64,000 bases of DNA. It comes from Candidatus Omnitrophota bacterium. GTDB lineage: Bacteria; Omnitrophota; Gorgyraeia; Gygaellales; Profunditerraquicolaceae. The notes beneath the pieces were generated by a model, which did no database searches, was not told the origin of the DNA, and was given only the letters and a program-made list of their open reading frames with translations. The translations under genes were made by a program, and so were the position numbers. Positions 17,997 to 26,839 of the stretch are shown in pieces (within the stretch, counting starts at the first letter, position 1; every line of letters starts with the position of its first letter). The stretch is taken from assembly GCA_041662125.1 (NCBI GenBank), contig JBAZTA010000004.1:128343-192342 (forward strand), given 5' to 3'.

Positions 17997-18665
17997 TAGC
18001 ACCGTCTGCAAACCTAATCTCGCACCTGTCCTCTACATAAGCTTTCTGTTATTTTAAAAAAATCTTGTTAGAAAATCGGTTTTCAATCGTCTATTGTATT
18101 AGGAGGTGATATTTATGGTTAATGTCAAAAGATTGCTATTAGATGGCTGCTGTTACCATATAATAACCAGGGGAAACCAAAAGCAAAAGGTTTTCAGATG
18201 TGATGAGGATAATTTGGAATATTTAAAGCTCTTAAAACGCTTTAAGCGAAAATACAAATTCCATTTATATGCGTATTGCCTTATGCCAAATCATGTTCAC
18301 CTGGTCGGAGAAATAAACGACACTCCTTTGATATCCAACTTCATGCATGATTTAAGCAGGACCTATACACTCTATTTTAACAGTAAATACGAACTAGTTG
18401 GCCATCTCTGGCAAGGCAGATTCAAAAGTAAGATCATTTGTAAAGATAGATATTTATTTGATTGTCTTAGATATATTGAATACAATCCTGTGAGAGCAAA
18501 CTTGGCACAGAACGTCTCAGAATACAAGTGGAGTAGTTATCAAGGAAGGGTATTAGACGAACAAAATGGGATAATTGATGAAATGCCACCTTTCTAAAAC
18601 TCTTAGGGGACAGGTGTAATCTTAGAAAAAGGGCAGGTGCCCGATTAGCTTTGCACCCGGTGCTA
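17997..18665 (+). mobile_element. IS200/IS605-family (RAYT-like) insertion element, ~670 bp, with 8-bp terminal inverted repeats TAGCACCG/CGGTGCTA
   Basis: Contains tnpA (18115-18597) and subterminal complementary boxes GCACCTGTCC / GGACAGGTG. The right end abuts the stop codon of the REC-GGDEF gene. Confidence 0.75.
18115..18597 (+). CDS. tnpA: IS200/IS605-family Y1 (HUH) transposase TnpA / REP-associated tyrosine transposase-like
   Basis: HUH motif PNHVHLV, conserved YxxxW/Q region (GHLWQGRF) and typical ~160-aa length. RBS AGGAGG 8 nt before the ATG at 18115. Confidence 0.85.
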   Translation: MVNVKRLLLDGCCYHIITRGNQKQKVFRCDEDNLEYLKLLKRFKRKYKFHLYAYCLMPNHVHLVGEINDTPLISNFMHDLSRTYTLYFNSKYELVGHLWQGRFKSKIICKDRYLFDCLRYIEYNPVRANLAQNVSEYKWSSYQGRVLDEQNGIIDEMPPF

Positions 18666-19595
18666 TTAAGAGACGCGTTTGTCTTTTACGTAGTTACTGC
18701 GTTCTAAATTCTTGGCGTAGGATTTGAGTTCCGCGCCGATCTCGCCTATTTGCGCGACGTGTTCTATGACGCGGAATTCGTTAGTTACTACCCCGATAGA
18801 GATTGATAAGAGTGATATGTTTTGTACCTTACCTTGGCGGTCTTTAGCGACAATAAATCCGCGGTTACGGTCGCTCTCGTTATAAAAAGAAGGGACCGTT
18901 TTATCGAAATCATCAATGATCTTTTTACAAATAGCGTCAGAAGTAGGTATTGAGGTAACGACAATATAATCGTCTCCTCCAATATGGCCGATAAAATCAT
19001 CGGGATTTCCCACGGTTTGGACTGCCCGGATCAGGATGCGGGCAGTTTCTCTGATCACTTCATCTCCGTGCTCAAATCCATAAATATCGTTATATGCCTT
19101 GAATTTATTCAGATCAATATAACAAACCGCAAATTGTGCTTTGTTTGCCAGCTTGAGAGAAAACTCGTTTAAAATGGAAACATTGCCCGGCAGGCGGGTG
19201 AGGGGATTGGCTTCTAAGTCGATGGAGGTGCGCCGTAAGATCATACGGATGTGCGCGAGCAATTCTTTTGGTTCGAAAGGTTTAACGATATAATCATCGG
19301 CACCCGCGTCTATGCCGTCTAATTTATCGGTAATGTCTCCTCTGCCCGTTACCATGATGATAGGCAGATGCCGCAGGAGCAGGTCTTTTTTGATCAGGCG
19401 GCAGACTTCCCTGCCGTCAAGGATAGGCATCTGGTAATCCAGTAAAACCAGGTCTGGGGATTTTGTGTGGATAGCTTTAAGGGCTTCTTCTCCATTTGCG
19501 GCTTCACTGACATCGTAATTTTCCTCTGAAAGCGTAAGTTTCAGCACATCCCGGATATCTGGGTCATCATCAACAATAAGGATTTTTATCGGCAT
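18666..19595 (-). CDS. Response regulator with REC and GGDEF-type domains (non-canonical GGDDY signature, no RxxD I-site)
   Basis: REC: ILIVDDDPDIRDVLK...LLDYQMPILDG...K. GGDEF fold: DPLTRLPGN, YIDLNKFKAYNDIYGFEHGDEVI, HIGGDDYIVV, SISIGVV. Confidence 0.85.
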   Translation of the reverse strand: MPIKILIVDDDPDIRDVLKLTLSEENYDVSEAANGEEALKAIHTKSPDLVLLDYQMPILDGREVCRLIKKDLLLRHLPIIMVTGRGDITDKLDGIDAGADDYIVKPFEPKELLAHIRMILRRTSIDLEANPLTRLPGNVSILNEFSLKLANKAQFAVCYIDLNKFKAYNDIYGFEHGDEVIRETARILIRAVQTVGNPDDFIGHIGGDDYIVVTSIPTSDAICKKIIDDFDKTVPSFYNESDRNRGFIVAKDRQGKVQNISLLSISIGVVTNEFRVIEHVAQIGEIGAELKSYAKNLERSNYVKDKRVS

Positions 19596-19623
19596 AATAT
19601 AAATATATCTTGTGGTTGAGTTG

Positions 19624-21123
19624 TTATGCTGGCTGCGGCAACGTAAAAGAAAAAGTCGATCCTGCTCCCAGCTTGCTGTTGACCCAAATCTTTCCTTTAT
19701 GCGCTTCGATAATATGTTTTACCAGGGCAAGGCCTAATCCGGTGCCTTTGACCTGTTGGTTGATCAAATTGTCGACGCGGTAAAATTCTTCGAATATCGC
19801 TTTTTGCGCTTCCAGGGGGATCCCGGAGCCGGTATCGGTAATGTCGACTTGAATATAGTTGTTTTCTATTTTATTGCAGGTAACGGTAATAGAGCCCTGT
19901 TGAGGGGTGAATTTGATGGCGTTGTTGATAATATTGATGAATACCCTTTGTAATTGGTTGCGGTCCGCTAAAACCGTGATGGTATCATCGGGTATTTTGT
20001 TAGAAAGGTCTATCTGTTTTTCTTTTGCCTGGACCCCGAGAAGATCAATGACTTCATCAGCAGTTTTCTTTAAAGTCTGTTCTACGAGCTTCATGGTGAC
20101 TTTTCCAGACTCGATTCGTGATATATCCAGAAGGTCATTAACGAGTTGCACTAATTCATCGCTGTGCCGGTTTATTTTTTCAAGGCGCAGGTGGACTTCT
20201 TGCGGCAGAGCCCCCAGTTTCCCCGCGAGTAAAATTGAGGCATATCCTTTGATCGAGGTTAACGGAGTCCTGAGTTCATGTGAAACGCTGGAAACAAAAT
20301 CGGTTTTTCTCTGGCTGATATTTTTTACTTCTTCTAAGACGCGGGATAATTCCCGTGTCCTTTCTTCTACCCGTTTTTCCAGTTCCTGATGGGCATGCCA
20401 GGTTTTCTCGAAGAGGCGCGCGTTTTCCAGCGATTGCCCGATTTGATTGGCTAATATCGAGATAGATTCTTGGTCCCCTTCGGTGATAAGGGTATTTTTA
20501 TTGTTAATTCCGACAAAAAGGAATCCTTGGCTTCCGTCTTTTGGCAAGAGAGGGGCAATGACAAATAGGTTTGCCTTGAAAGCAAGGTTGATTTGTTCTT
20601 TAAAAGCATTTGTTTCTGATGAAGAGAGGGAAGAGAGGATCCTTTCTTTTTTAATGAGTTCCGTAAATTCTCCTGTATGCGATGCCACCAAAGAACAAAC
20701 TGCTTGTGTTTCGGCTTCCTGGTATCCGAGGTTTAATTGTATCTCAAACCCTTTTTTTTCTTCATCCCAGAGGAATGCCAGCGCTTTTTCAAAACCGAGG
20801 TCCTCCAGGTAGGAGGAATCAATCCTTTGAAAAATCTGGCTTTCTTCCAGGGTAGTGCTTATTTCCCGTGAGAGCTGCTGCAGGGCATATAACCCGGTTA
20901 TTTTCTTGTCAAGCTCTTCCTGCGTCCTGTTTAATTCCAAGTCCGTGCGTACAACGAGCTTGGACTGTTCGTCCATTTCTTCCAATGATTTATTTAATTT
21001 TTCTACTTCTACCTGTAATTGTCCGGCCTTGTCGATTTTTAAAACCAGCATGATGCTGATCGTGACAATGACCAGGATGCTGATAAATCCACCGACATTC
21101 AACACTATTTCTGGGTTATACAT
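19624..21123 (-). CDS. Sensor histidine kinase (TM + coiled-coil + GAF-like + HisKA + HATPase_c)
   Basis: H-box VSHELRTPLTSIKGY; N, G1 and G2 boxes (NLINNAIKFT, DTGSGIP, GTGLGLALVK). Confidence 0.9.
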   Translation of the reverse strand: MYNPEIVLNVGGFISILVIVTISIMLVLKIDKAGQLQVEVEKLNKSLEEMDEQSKLVVRTDLELNRTQEELDKKITGLYALQQLSREISTTLEESQIFQRIDSSYLEDLGFEKALAFLWDEEKKGFEIQLNLGYQEAETQAVCSLVASHTGEFTELIKKERILSSLSSSETNAFKEQINLAFKANLFVIAPLLPKDGSQGFLFVGINNKNTLITEGDQESISILANQIGQSLENARLFEKTWHAHQELEKRVEERTRELSRVLEEVKNISQRKTDFVSSVSHELRTPLTSIKGYASILLAGKLGALPQEVHLRLEKINRHSDELVQLVNDLLDISRIESGKVTMKLVEQTLKKTADEVIDLLGVQAKEKQIDLSNKIPDDTITVLADRNQLQRVFINIINNAIKFTPQQGSITVTCNKIENNYIQVDITDTGSGIPLEAQKAIFEEFYRVDNLINQQVKGTGLGLALVKHIIEAHKGKIWVNSKLGAGSTFSFTLPQPA

Positions 21124-21124
21124 A

Positions 21125-22381
21125 TTAACCGCCGATATTTAAGATGGTAATGCTTTGATTGTGCAAATATACTTTTCCTAAATAATTTTCCGCTGTCAAT
21201 GGCGCAACTTCTCCGTGGGTGTAAAGGCCTAAAATAGGCGTGTTTTGCCCAAAGCCCTTTTTTATGATTTCCAACTCTTTTTCTGCCCCCCGCCTCAGCA
21301 GTAAATACCGCGACAATGAACTAAACGCAATAATAAAATTGTTTGCGTTTTTCTTATGGTGTTCTGTCATAGGATTATAGATGCTTTTTTTGGAATCGTC
21401 AATGGCCTGCTGGGTAGCCGCCAGGCAGGTCTCTTTGGTGCTGATCATGATGCGTACCATGCTTCCTTGAGGCACATCTCCCTGGAAACGTAAAGAGCCG
21501 TCGTTGTCTACTGAGAGTACGTTACGTAACAGGTATTCTTTTTCTCCGGGCAGGTAGATACCGATCGGATAAAAAATAGAAATGTGTTTTAATTCACGCT
21601 TTAATTTTAATAAATTATACCCCAGGTATGATTCGTAGAACTGCGCCGCCGGCCTATCGTCAATGGTGACGACAATATTGCCTTGCGAGAGGGTAACGGT
21701 ATGCGGTTTTCCTAACGGTTTCCAGCCATGTTTTATGCCCAACCCGAAATTCAATTTCCCTCCCCAGAGCATTCCGATGCAACCGTCGGAAAATGTTTCC
21801 TGGTTATAATAGAGGTTTGTTTTTATTTGGGTTAAATTATCTGCAGCCGAACCGCCGATAAAGGGGAAGCTTTTTCCCAGTTTTTCCTGAAGCCCTGAAA
21901 TAAGGTTTGCGCTTTCTTCAATGAGGGCGTCTGAAAGGATGATGCTGAAGGCTCGGCGCATATTCCCGAATCCCGCGAGTAATTGTTCTCCTAATTCCTG
22001 TCCCGCGGAAAACCCGGATTTGTTTTTTATGTTTTTGACGGCGGAAGTATAAAAATGCACCCCTTCGGGGAAGCTGATCAGCATAATTGCCAGCCCATGC
22101 TTTAAAATGCCCTGGTTTGTCATGATTGCTTCGCCGCTTGAGCCGATGAGGGTCACTCCCGGCAAGTGGTTGGAAATAGTTTTTAAAAGCGTGAAACAGG
22201 AAAGGTCTATTGAACTAAAGCAAATCGCTAAATCGATCTTATTTTTGTTTAAATGTAATGCCGCTTGCATGGTTGCTTCTTTTGCGGCATTCGCGGGATT
22301 TTTATCCAGACTTACGCCTAAGCCTATATTCATATATGTTCGTATCGTTGGTGTCGTTACTATCCTGCCTTTGTCAACCAA
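21125..22381 (-). CDS. Putative FIST-like sensory protein, first gene of the sensor-HK-RR operon (418 aa)
   Basis: Size and two-lobed composition are consistent with FIST_N/FIST_C sensors; the gene is translationally coupled to the downstream HK. No motif-level proof. Confidence 0.4.
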   Translation of the reverse strand: MVDKGRIVTTPTIRTYMNIGLGVSLDKNPANAAKEATMQAALHLNKNKIDLAICFSSIDLSCFTLLKTISNHLPGVTLIGSSGEAIMTNQGILKHGLAIMLISFPEGVHFYTSAVKNIKNKSGFSAGQELGEQLLAGFGNMRRAFSIILSDALIEESANLISGLQEKLGKSFPFIGGSAADNLTQIKTNLYYNQETFSDGCIGMLWGGKLNFGLGIKHGWKPLGKPHTVTLSQGNIVVTIDDRPAAQFYESYLGYNLLKLKRELKHISIFYPIGIYLPGEKEYLLRNVLSVDNDGSLRFQGDVPQGSMVRIMISTKETCLAATQQAIDDSKKSIYNPMTEHHKKNANNFIIAFSSLSRYLLLRRGAEKELEIIKKGFGQNTPILGLYTHGEVAPLTAENYLGKVYLHNQSITILNIGG

Positions 22382-22496
22382 GGAGGGTGAAGGCAGGTAA
22401 GGTGAATAATTATAAAACAGTATATACTACCATAACTTGAGGGTCAATAAATTTATTGACCGAATGAGATGTTTGTATTAAAATTATCACCATTGC

Positions 22497-22571
22497 GGCC
22501 CCATCGTCTAGCCTGGCCTAGGACGAATGGTTCTCAGCCATTAAACACCGGTTCAAATCCGGTTGGGGCTA
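22497..22571 (+). tRNA. tRNA-Glu (anticodon CUC)
   Basis: Collinear with E. coli tRNA-Glu (UCGUCUAG...AGGAC D-arm): acceptor GGCCCCA/TGGGGCT (G1-U72 wobble), anticodon stem AATGG/CCATT with loop TTCTCAG, T-arm ACCGG-TTCAAAT-CCGGT. Confidence 0.7.
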
Positions 22572-22798
22572 TTCTTCTTCGTTCTCTTACAAGTAAAATT
22601 CCGGTGGAACTTCGAAGGAATGGATTAGGTTCTGCGAAGCCGCACCGGAGTTTTCTGTGCTCAACGGCGTAGCAGGCCGGTTGGGGCTATTCTTCTTCGC
22701 CCTCTTGCAAGTAAAGTTGTGGTAGGGCTTCGAAGGAATGTTAATGGGTCCTGCGAAGCCGCAGAGGAGTATTTCTTCTTGGATTCGTGGCGATTGAT
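22572..22798 (+). repeat. Tandem duplication (2 x ~115 nt) of a tRNA-linked element; the second unit begins with a re-duplicated tRNA-Glu 3' end (GGCCGGTTGGGGCTATTCTTCTTCG)
   Basis: Unit 1 is 22561-22686 (starts inside the tRNA) and unit 2 is 22676-22798. Core GGCTATTCTTCTTCGCCCTCTTGCAAGTAAAGTTGTGGTAGGGCTTCGAAGGAATG...CTGCGAAGCCGCA, with nested palindromes. Confidence 0.7.
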
Positions 22799-24226
22799 TT
22801 AAGAATTGGTGTCTTGTCTTCCAGTTGCCTGCTTGATACGTTCGGCGGGCAAAAACGGTTTATCTTGATTTGGCAGCACCTGGTTCAGAATAACATTCGC
22901 TATGTTTTCCGCCATTAGTATATTCCCTCTTGCTGTGCAATGTCCGAATTCTCCACCGAAATTATCGATAAAATAGGCTTCATAAGAAGCGTTGGCGACG
23001 GCATTCTTGAAGACTTCCTCGTTATCAATAAAATAAACGTTCTTTTGCGATTGCATCATTTTTTTAAGAGGCTCAATGCTTTTCATGGGATAATTCATAC
23101 ATATCAGTTTTACGCCTTTCGCTGCGGTTAGTTGAGCAATGCTTCGATAGTTGTTAAACAAGGATATTTTATAATAATTATCGCTTAGCCTCTCGGCCCG
23201 ACAATGATACCATTGCGCCATTTTAGGCTCACCCTGTTGTTGATAGCAGGCAACTAACTTAGTATACAATCTATCATTCAAGGGGTCACGTGAAATTCCT
23301 TCCTTTAAGATTGCCTCTGCCTGCGCAAACTTGCCCTGCTTCATATACATCGACCCTAGGCGAAAATATGGTCCAGCGGTCCAAACTGTCTTTCCCCTTA
23401 TTTGTATCGCCTTTTTAAACATCTTCTCAGCCATAGCAAAATCTTGCTGGGAATCTAAATAAAACTGTCCCAATCTTGAATAAGTTATATTCCCTAATAT
23501 GCCATCCACGCCAATGTCCCCGGCTTTCTTAAACATTTCTGTCGCCAAAGGAAATTTGTTCTCGGGGTACATCCTCAAATAAAGCAACCCTAACATCGCA
23601 AGCGACTTACTGTCCCCCGGGTTCTTTTCTATTGCCTCCTTGAATATTTTTTCTTGTTTCTTGAATTGCTCAGGATTTAAAAATGTATTTGTTCTCTCTA
23701 TGGATTTCTTTATCGCTGTTTCTCTGCCATCGCTGTCTGAATAGAGTCGCCTCTGGGTTGTCAATAGGCCCCAAAGTATCTTTACCAATTTGTATGTTTT
23801 TAGCGCAGTCGTTTCCTCCAGGGGGATATTGCCATAAGGGGCAAATTCACTTATATCGTTTATTCCCGTCATAACAATTACCATATCGGGTTTGTATCTA
23901 TCCAGGCATGCACGTAAAGCCGAAGCTATATACGTTGACGATGACAATACCTTCCCCTTGTCTATTACTTCAAATATTTCCCCTGCAGCTTTCTCATTTA
24001 ATATGTTTTGGAGTACTTTTGGGTATTGATTTGCAGTCATGGATTCTCCGAAACATAGAATTCTATGCGTTTTATTCTGGTTCAGAGATATTTTATTGTT
24101 TGTTTCCTGTATCAATGAAAATGTTAAGACGCTTATCCGTAGCGCCAGCTCAAGGATAGCTATGCTCAATAGTATGCCAAAAATAGTAAAAAGGAGTTTT
24201 GATGGTAAGGTTTTTGCTTTCTTCAT
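22799..24226 (-). CDS. Membrane-anchored SGNH/GDSL-like hydrolase family protein with TPR repeats (475 aa)
   Basis: N-terminal TM; block I ILCFGESMT (GDS-like), block III MVIVMTGINDI (GxND); central TPR-like helical repeats. Confidence 0.6.
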   Translation of the reverse strand: MKKAKTLPSKLLFTIFGILLSIAILELALRISVLTFSLIQETNNKISLNQNKTHRILCFGESMTANQYPKVLQNILNEKAAGEIFEVIDKGKVLSSSTYIASALRACLDRYKPDMVIVMTGINDISEFAPYGNIPLEETTALKTYKLVKILWGLLTTQRRLYSDSDGRETAIKKSIERTNTFLNPEQFKKQEKIFKEAIEKNPGDSKSLAMLGLLYLRMYPENKFPLATEMFKKAGDIGVDGILGNITYSRLGQFYLDSQQDFAMAEKMFKKAIQIRGKTVWTAGPYFRLGSMYMKQGKFAQAEAILKEGISRDPLNDRLYTKLVACYQQQGEPKMAQWYHCRAERLSDNYYKISLFNNYRSIAQLTAAKGVKLICMNYPMKSIEPLKKMMQSQKNVYFIDNEEVFKNAVANASYEAYFIDNFGGEFGHCTARGNILMAENIANVILNQVLPNQDKPFLPAERIKQATGRQDTNS

Positions 24227-24273
24227 TAAATATTCATGGCTTATTGTTGTTTATCAAAAAATATGCCTTAACG

Positions 24274-24504
24274 TTAAATTCCGGCGTAGATAAATGAAAG
24301 TATGACAGTAGGGCCTGCATAATAAGCCAGGAGCGCCAAAATCACTATCATGATGAGCAGGGGCGCGATAAAATAAAATCTATGCTCCTTGATTAAATAT
24401 GCGGCCTCCTTAAATAAATACACTATTTTTTTCATACGTCTTACTATATTTAGGATTCCTTTGATCTCGCATTGATATCGGGCCTGTGTTCCGGCAACAC
24501 GCAT
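24274..24504 (-). CDS. Small membrane protein (54-76 aa) downstream of hemL
   Basis: Single TM helix (FIAPLLIMIVILALLAYYAG). The start is ambiguous between 24504 and 24435 (MKKIVYLF...). Confidence 0.4.
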   Translation of the reverse strand: MRVAGTQARYQCEIKGILNIVRRMKKIVYLFKEAAYLIKEHRFYFIAPLLIMIVILALLAYYAGPTVILSFIYAGI

Positions 24505-24507
24505 TTC

Positions 24508-25806
24508 TTACAAAGTTCCATCATTCTCCTTAAAAACAGCTTTTTTATGTGCCGCCAGAGTTTTTTTGACATCATTATCCTGATGCGCAAAAGATACGAA
24601 ATTAGCTTCAAATTGCGAAGGAGCAAGATTAATTCCCTCTTTTAGCATATTCCAGAAATAACGTGCATATTTCTTGGTATCGGATGATTGAGCAGAGCTG
24701 AAATTATCCACCTTGTGTTTGGTGAAAAAGAGAGTAAACATTGATCCAGCGCGATTAAGTTTAAAATCCACTTTCTTTACCAGTAAAATATCTTCTAAGC
24801 CCCGGCATAGTTTTTCAGCGTTGCGGTTAAGCATAGTATAATCTAAACCGGAAAGCAGCTCAAGGGTTTCTAGTCCTGCGCTCACTGCTATGGGATTTCC
24901 AGATAGAGTGCCTGCCTGATATACGCGGCCCAAAGGTGAAACGCATTCCATAATTTCTCTTCTGCCTCCGTAAGCTCCGATAGGAAGGCCTCCGCCTATG
25001 ATTTTGCCCAAACAGGTCAAATCCGGCTCTATTCCGTAGAGTTTCTGAGCGCCGCCAAAAGTAAGGCGAAAACCGCTTACCACCTCATCAAAGATAAGAA
25101 TGATTTTATGTCTAGCAGTGAGTTCTCTCAGGTCTGATAAGAAATTGTTCTTAGGCAACACTATCCCCATATTCGCACAAACCGGTTCAACAATCACACA
25201 GGCTATTTCTTTGTGTTTGCGCTTAATTAACTCTCCAATGCCGTCGATATTATTAAAAGGCACAACTATCGTATCTTTACTGAGGCTACGCGTTACTCCT
25301 AAGCTGTCTGGAATGCCGAAAGTAGCGCAGCCAGAGCCGCTTTTTACTAAAAGGCTGTCAACGTGGCCGTGATAAGAACCCTCGAATTTGATAATCTTAT
25401 TTTTTCCGGTAAAACCTCGGGCCAGACGTATCGCGCTCATTGTTGCCTCTGTTCCCGAGTTTACGAGCCTCAACATTTCTATGGACGGTATTGTATTACA
25501 GATAACTCTGGCAAGCTTTGTTTCATTTTCTGTAGGTGCCCCGAAACCGGTTCCTGATCCCAAAGCCGCCCTTGCCGCGCTTATAACTTTGGGATGAAGG
25601 TGGCCTAAAATCAACGCCCCCCAACTCATAACATAATCGATGTAAGAGTTGCTATCTTCATCATAGACCCGGCAGCCCTGAGCTCTTTTTATGAAAAGAG
25701 GTGTTCCTCCTACTGCCATAAATGAACGCACGGGACTATTTACTCCGCCGACTAAATACTTTGACGCTTGCTTAAACAATACCGAAGACCTCGTAGTTTT
25801 CTTCAT
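24508..25806 (-). CDS. hemL: Glutamate-1-semialdehyde 2,1-aminomutase
   Basis: Class-III aminotransferase/GSA-AT sequence throughout (NSPVRSFMAVGGTPLFI, PLP-lysine region DEVVSGFRL...). Confidence 0.95.
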   Translation of the reverse strand: MKKTTRSSVLFKQASKYLVGGVNSPVRSFMAVGGTPLFIKRAQGCRVYDEDSNSYIDYVMSWGALILGHLHPKVISAARAALGSGTGFGAPTENETKLARVICNTIPSIEMLRLVNSGTEATMSAIRLARGFTGKNKIIKFEGSYHGHVDSLLVKSGSGCATFGIPDSLGVTRSLSKDTIVVPFNNIDGIGELIKRKHKEIACVIVEPVCANMGIVLPKNNFLSDLRELTARHKIILIFDEVVSGFRLTFGGAQKLYGIEPDLTCLGKIIGGGLPIGAYGGRREIMECVSPLGRVYQAGTLSGNPIAVSAGLETLELLSGLDYTMLNRNAEKLCRGLEDILLVKKVDFKLNRAGSMFTLFFTKHKVDNFSSAQSSDTKKYARYFWNMLKEGINLAPSQFEANFVSFAHQDNDVKKTLAAHKKAVFKENDGTL

Positions 25807-25807
25807 T

Positions 25808-26839
25808 TTACCTTCTTTTTAACGATACGGCAGCGACGCGCTGCATATACTGGTCGATCATCTGTTCGGCCTTTTTTGTTTCCTTCAGCCTTTTTTTCAT
25901 ATGCTCATCGCGCACTTTTGCCAGATCATCGATATTGTAAAGCCGCACATTCTTAATTTTGCCTGTATCAGGTTCGACATTACGCGGAACTCCCAAATCA
26001 ATAATACACAAGGGCCGGCCATGTTTTCTATCCATTATTCTTTTTATTTGTCTTTTCTTTAAGATGAAGCCTGATAAGCTAAGGCAGCTTATAATAATAT
26101 CCGCATCGATTACACTCTCAAGAAAATCTTCAAACTTGACCGCTTTGCCTTTGAGCAGGCAGGCTAACTCTCGGGCTTTCTGAAAGTCGCGGTTTGTTAC
26201 TGCAATGGATTGTATCCCTTGCGCATACAGGATCCTCGCCGTTAGTTCTCCAATTTTTCCCGCTCCCATTATTAGTACTCTTTTACCTTGCATGCTTCCT
26301 AGGGAATTTTTTATCAATTCCACTGTTACTGAACTTATAGAAACAGCGCCCCTGCCTATTTGAGTGCGACGGCGTATTATCCCGCCTGTTTTTATTGCTT
26401 CCGTAAAAATGTTTGACAGTTCTTTTCCCGCTGCCCCGTATTCATTGGCCTTAAGATACGCTTGCTTTACCTGTCCCAGGATTTGAGGTTCGCCTATAAT
26501 CATGGAATCTAAAGAAGCTGCTACCCGGAATAAGTGCCTGATTGCTTTTATGCCATTGAATTGATACGCATAGCGGATAAACTCATTTTGCTTGACTCCG
26601 TGAAAATCGCGGATAAACTTCTTTATTGAAGAGAAACCGGAAACGGTATCGCTTGCCACCGTATAAATCTCCACTCGGTTACAGGTAGATAAAATAAGGC
26701 TTTCCTTGATGGAATCATATTCCTTAAGCGACGATAGGGCTTCACGAATCCTTTCCGGGGAGAAACAAAGCCTTTCTCTTGTTCGTAAAGAAGCAGTCCT
26801 ATGATTTAACCCTACAATTTGCATGTTCATGTAATTCAC
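25808..26839 (-). CDS. hemA: Glutamyl-tRNA reductase
   Basis: Conserved active-site region LILSTCNRVEIY, an NAD(P)-binding GAGKIGE and a dimerisation C-terminus. Confidence 0.95.
   Translation of the reverse strand: MNYMNMQIVGLNHRTASLRTRERLCFSPERIREALSSLKEYDSIKESLILSTCNRVEIYTVASDTVSGFSSIKKFIRDFHGVKQNEFIRYAYQFNGIKAIRHLFRVAASLDSMIIGEPQILGQVKQAYLKANEYGAAGKELSNIFTEAIKTGGIIRRRTQIGRGAVSISSVTVELIKNSLGSMQGKRVLIMGAGKIGELTARILYAQGIQSIAVTNRDFQKARELACLLKGKAVKFEDFLESVIDADIIISCLSLSGFILKKRQIKRIMDRKHGRPLCIIDLGVPRNVEPDTGKIKNVRLYNIDDLAKVRDEHMKKRLKETKKAEQMIDQYMQRVAAVSLKRR

Noticed and set aside
19756-21142. Multiple 60-160-aa plus-strand ORFs (19907, 20447, 20855 and others)
   Set aside because: They are antisense within the well-supported histidine kinase gene and have no RBS; typical shadow ORFs.
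22469-22672. 67-aa ORF overlapping tRNA-Glu
   Set aside because: Translation of the tRNA plus repeat unit; not a gene.
22572-22686. Genomic-island boundary (attL/attR) at tRNA-Glu with an island between the direct repeats
   Set aside because: The two copies of the tRNA 3' end are only ~115 nt apart with no cargo between them. This is better described as a tandem duplication of the tRNA-linked element, though an excision scar cannot be excluded.
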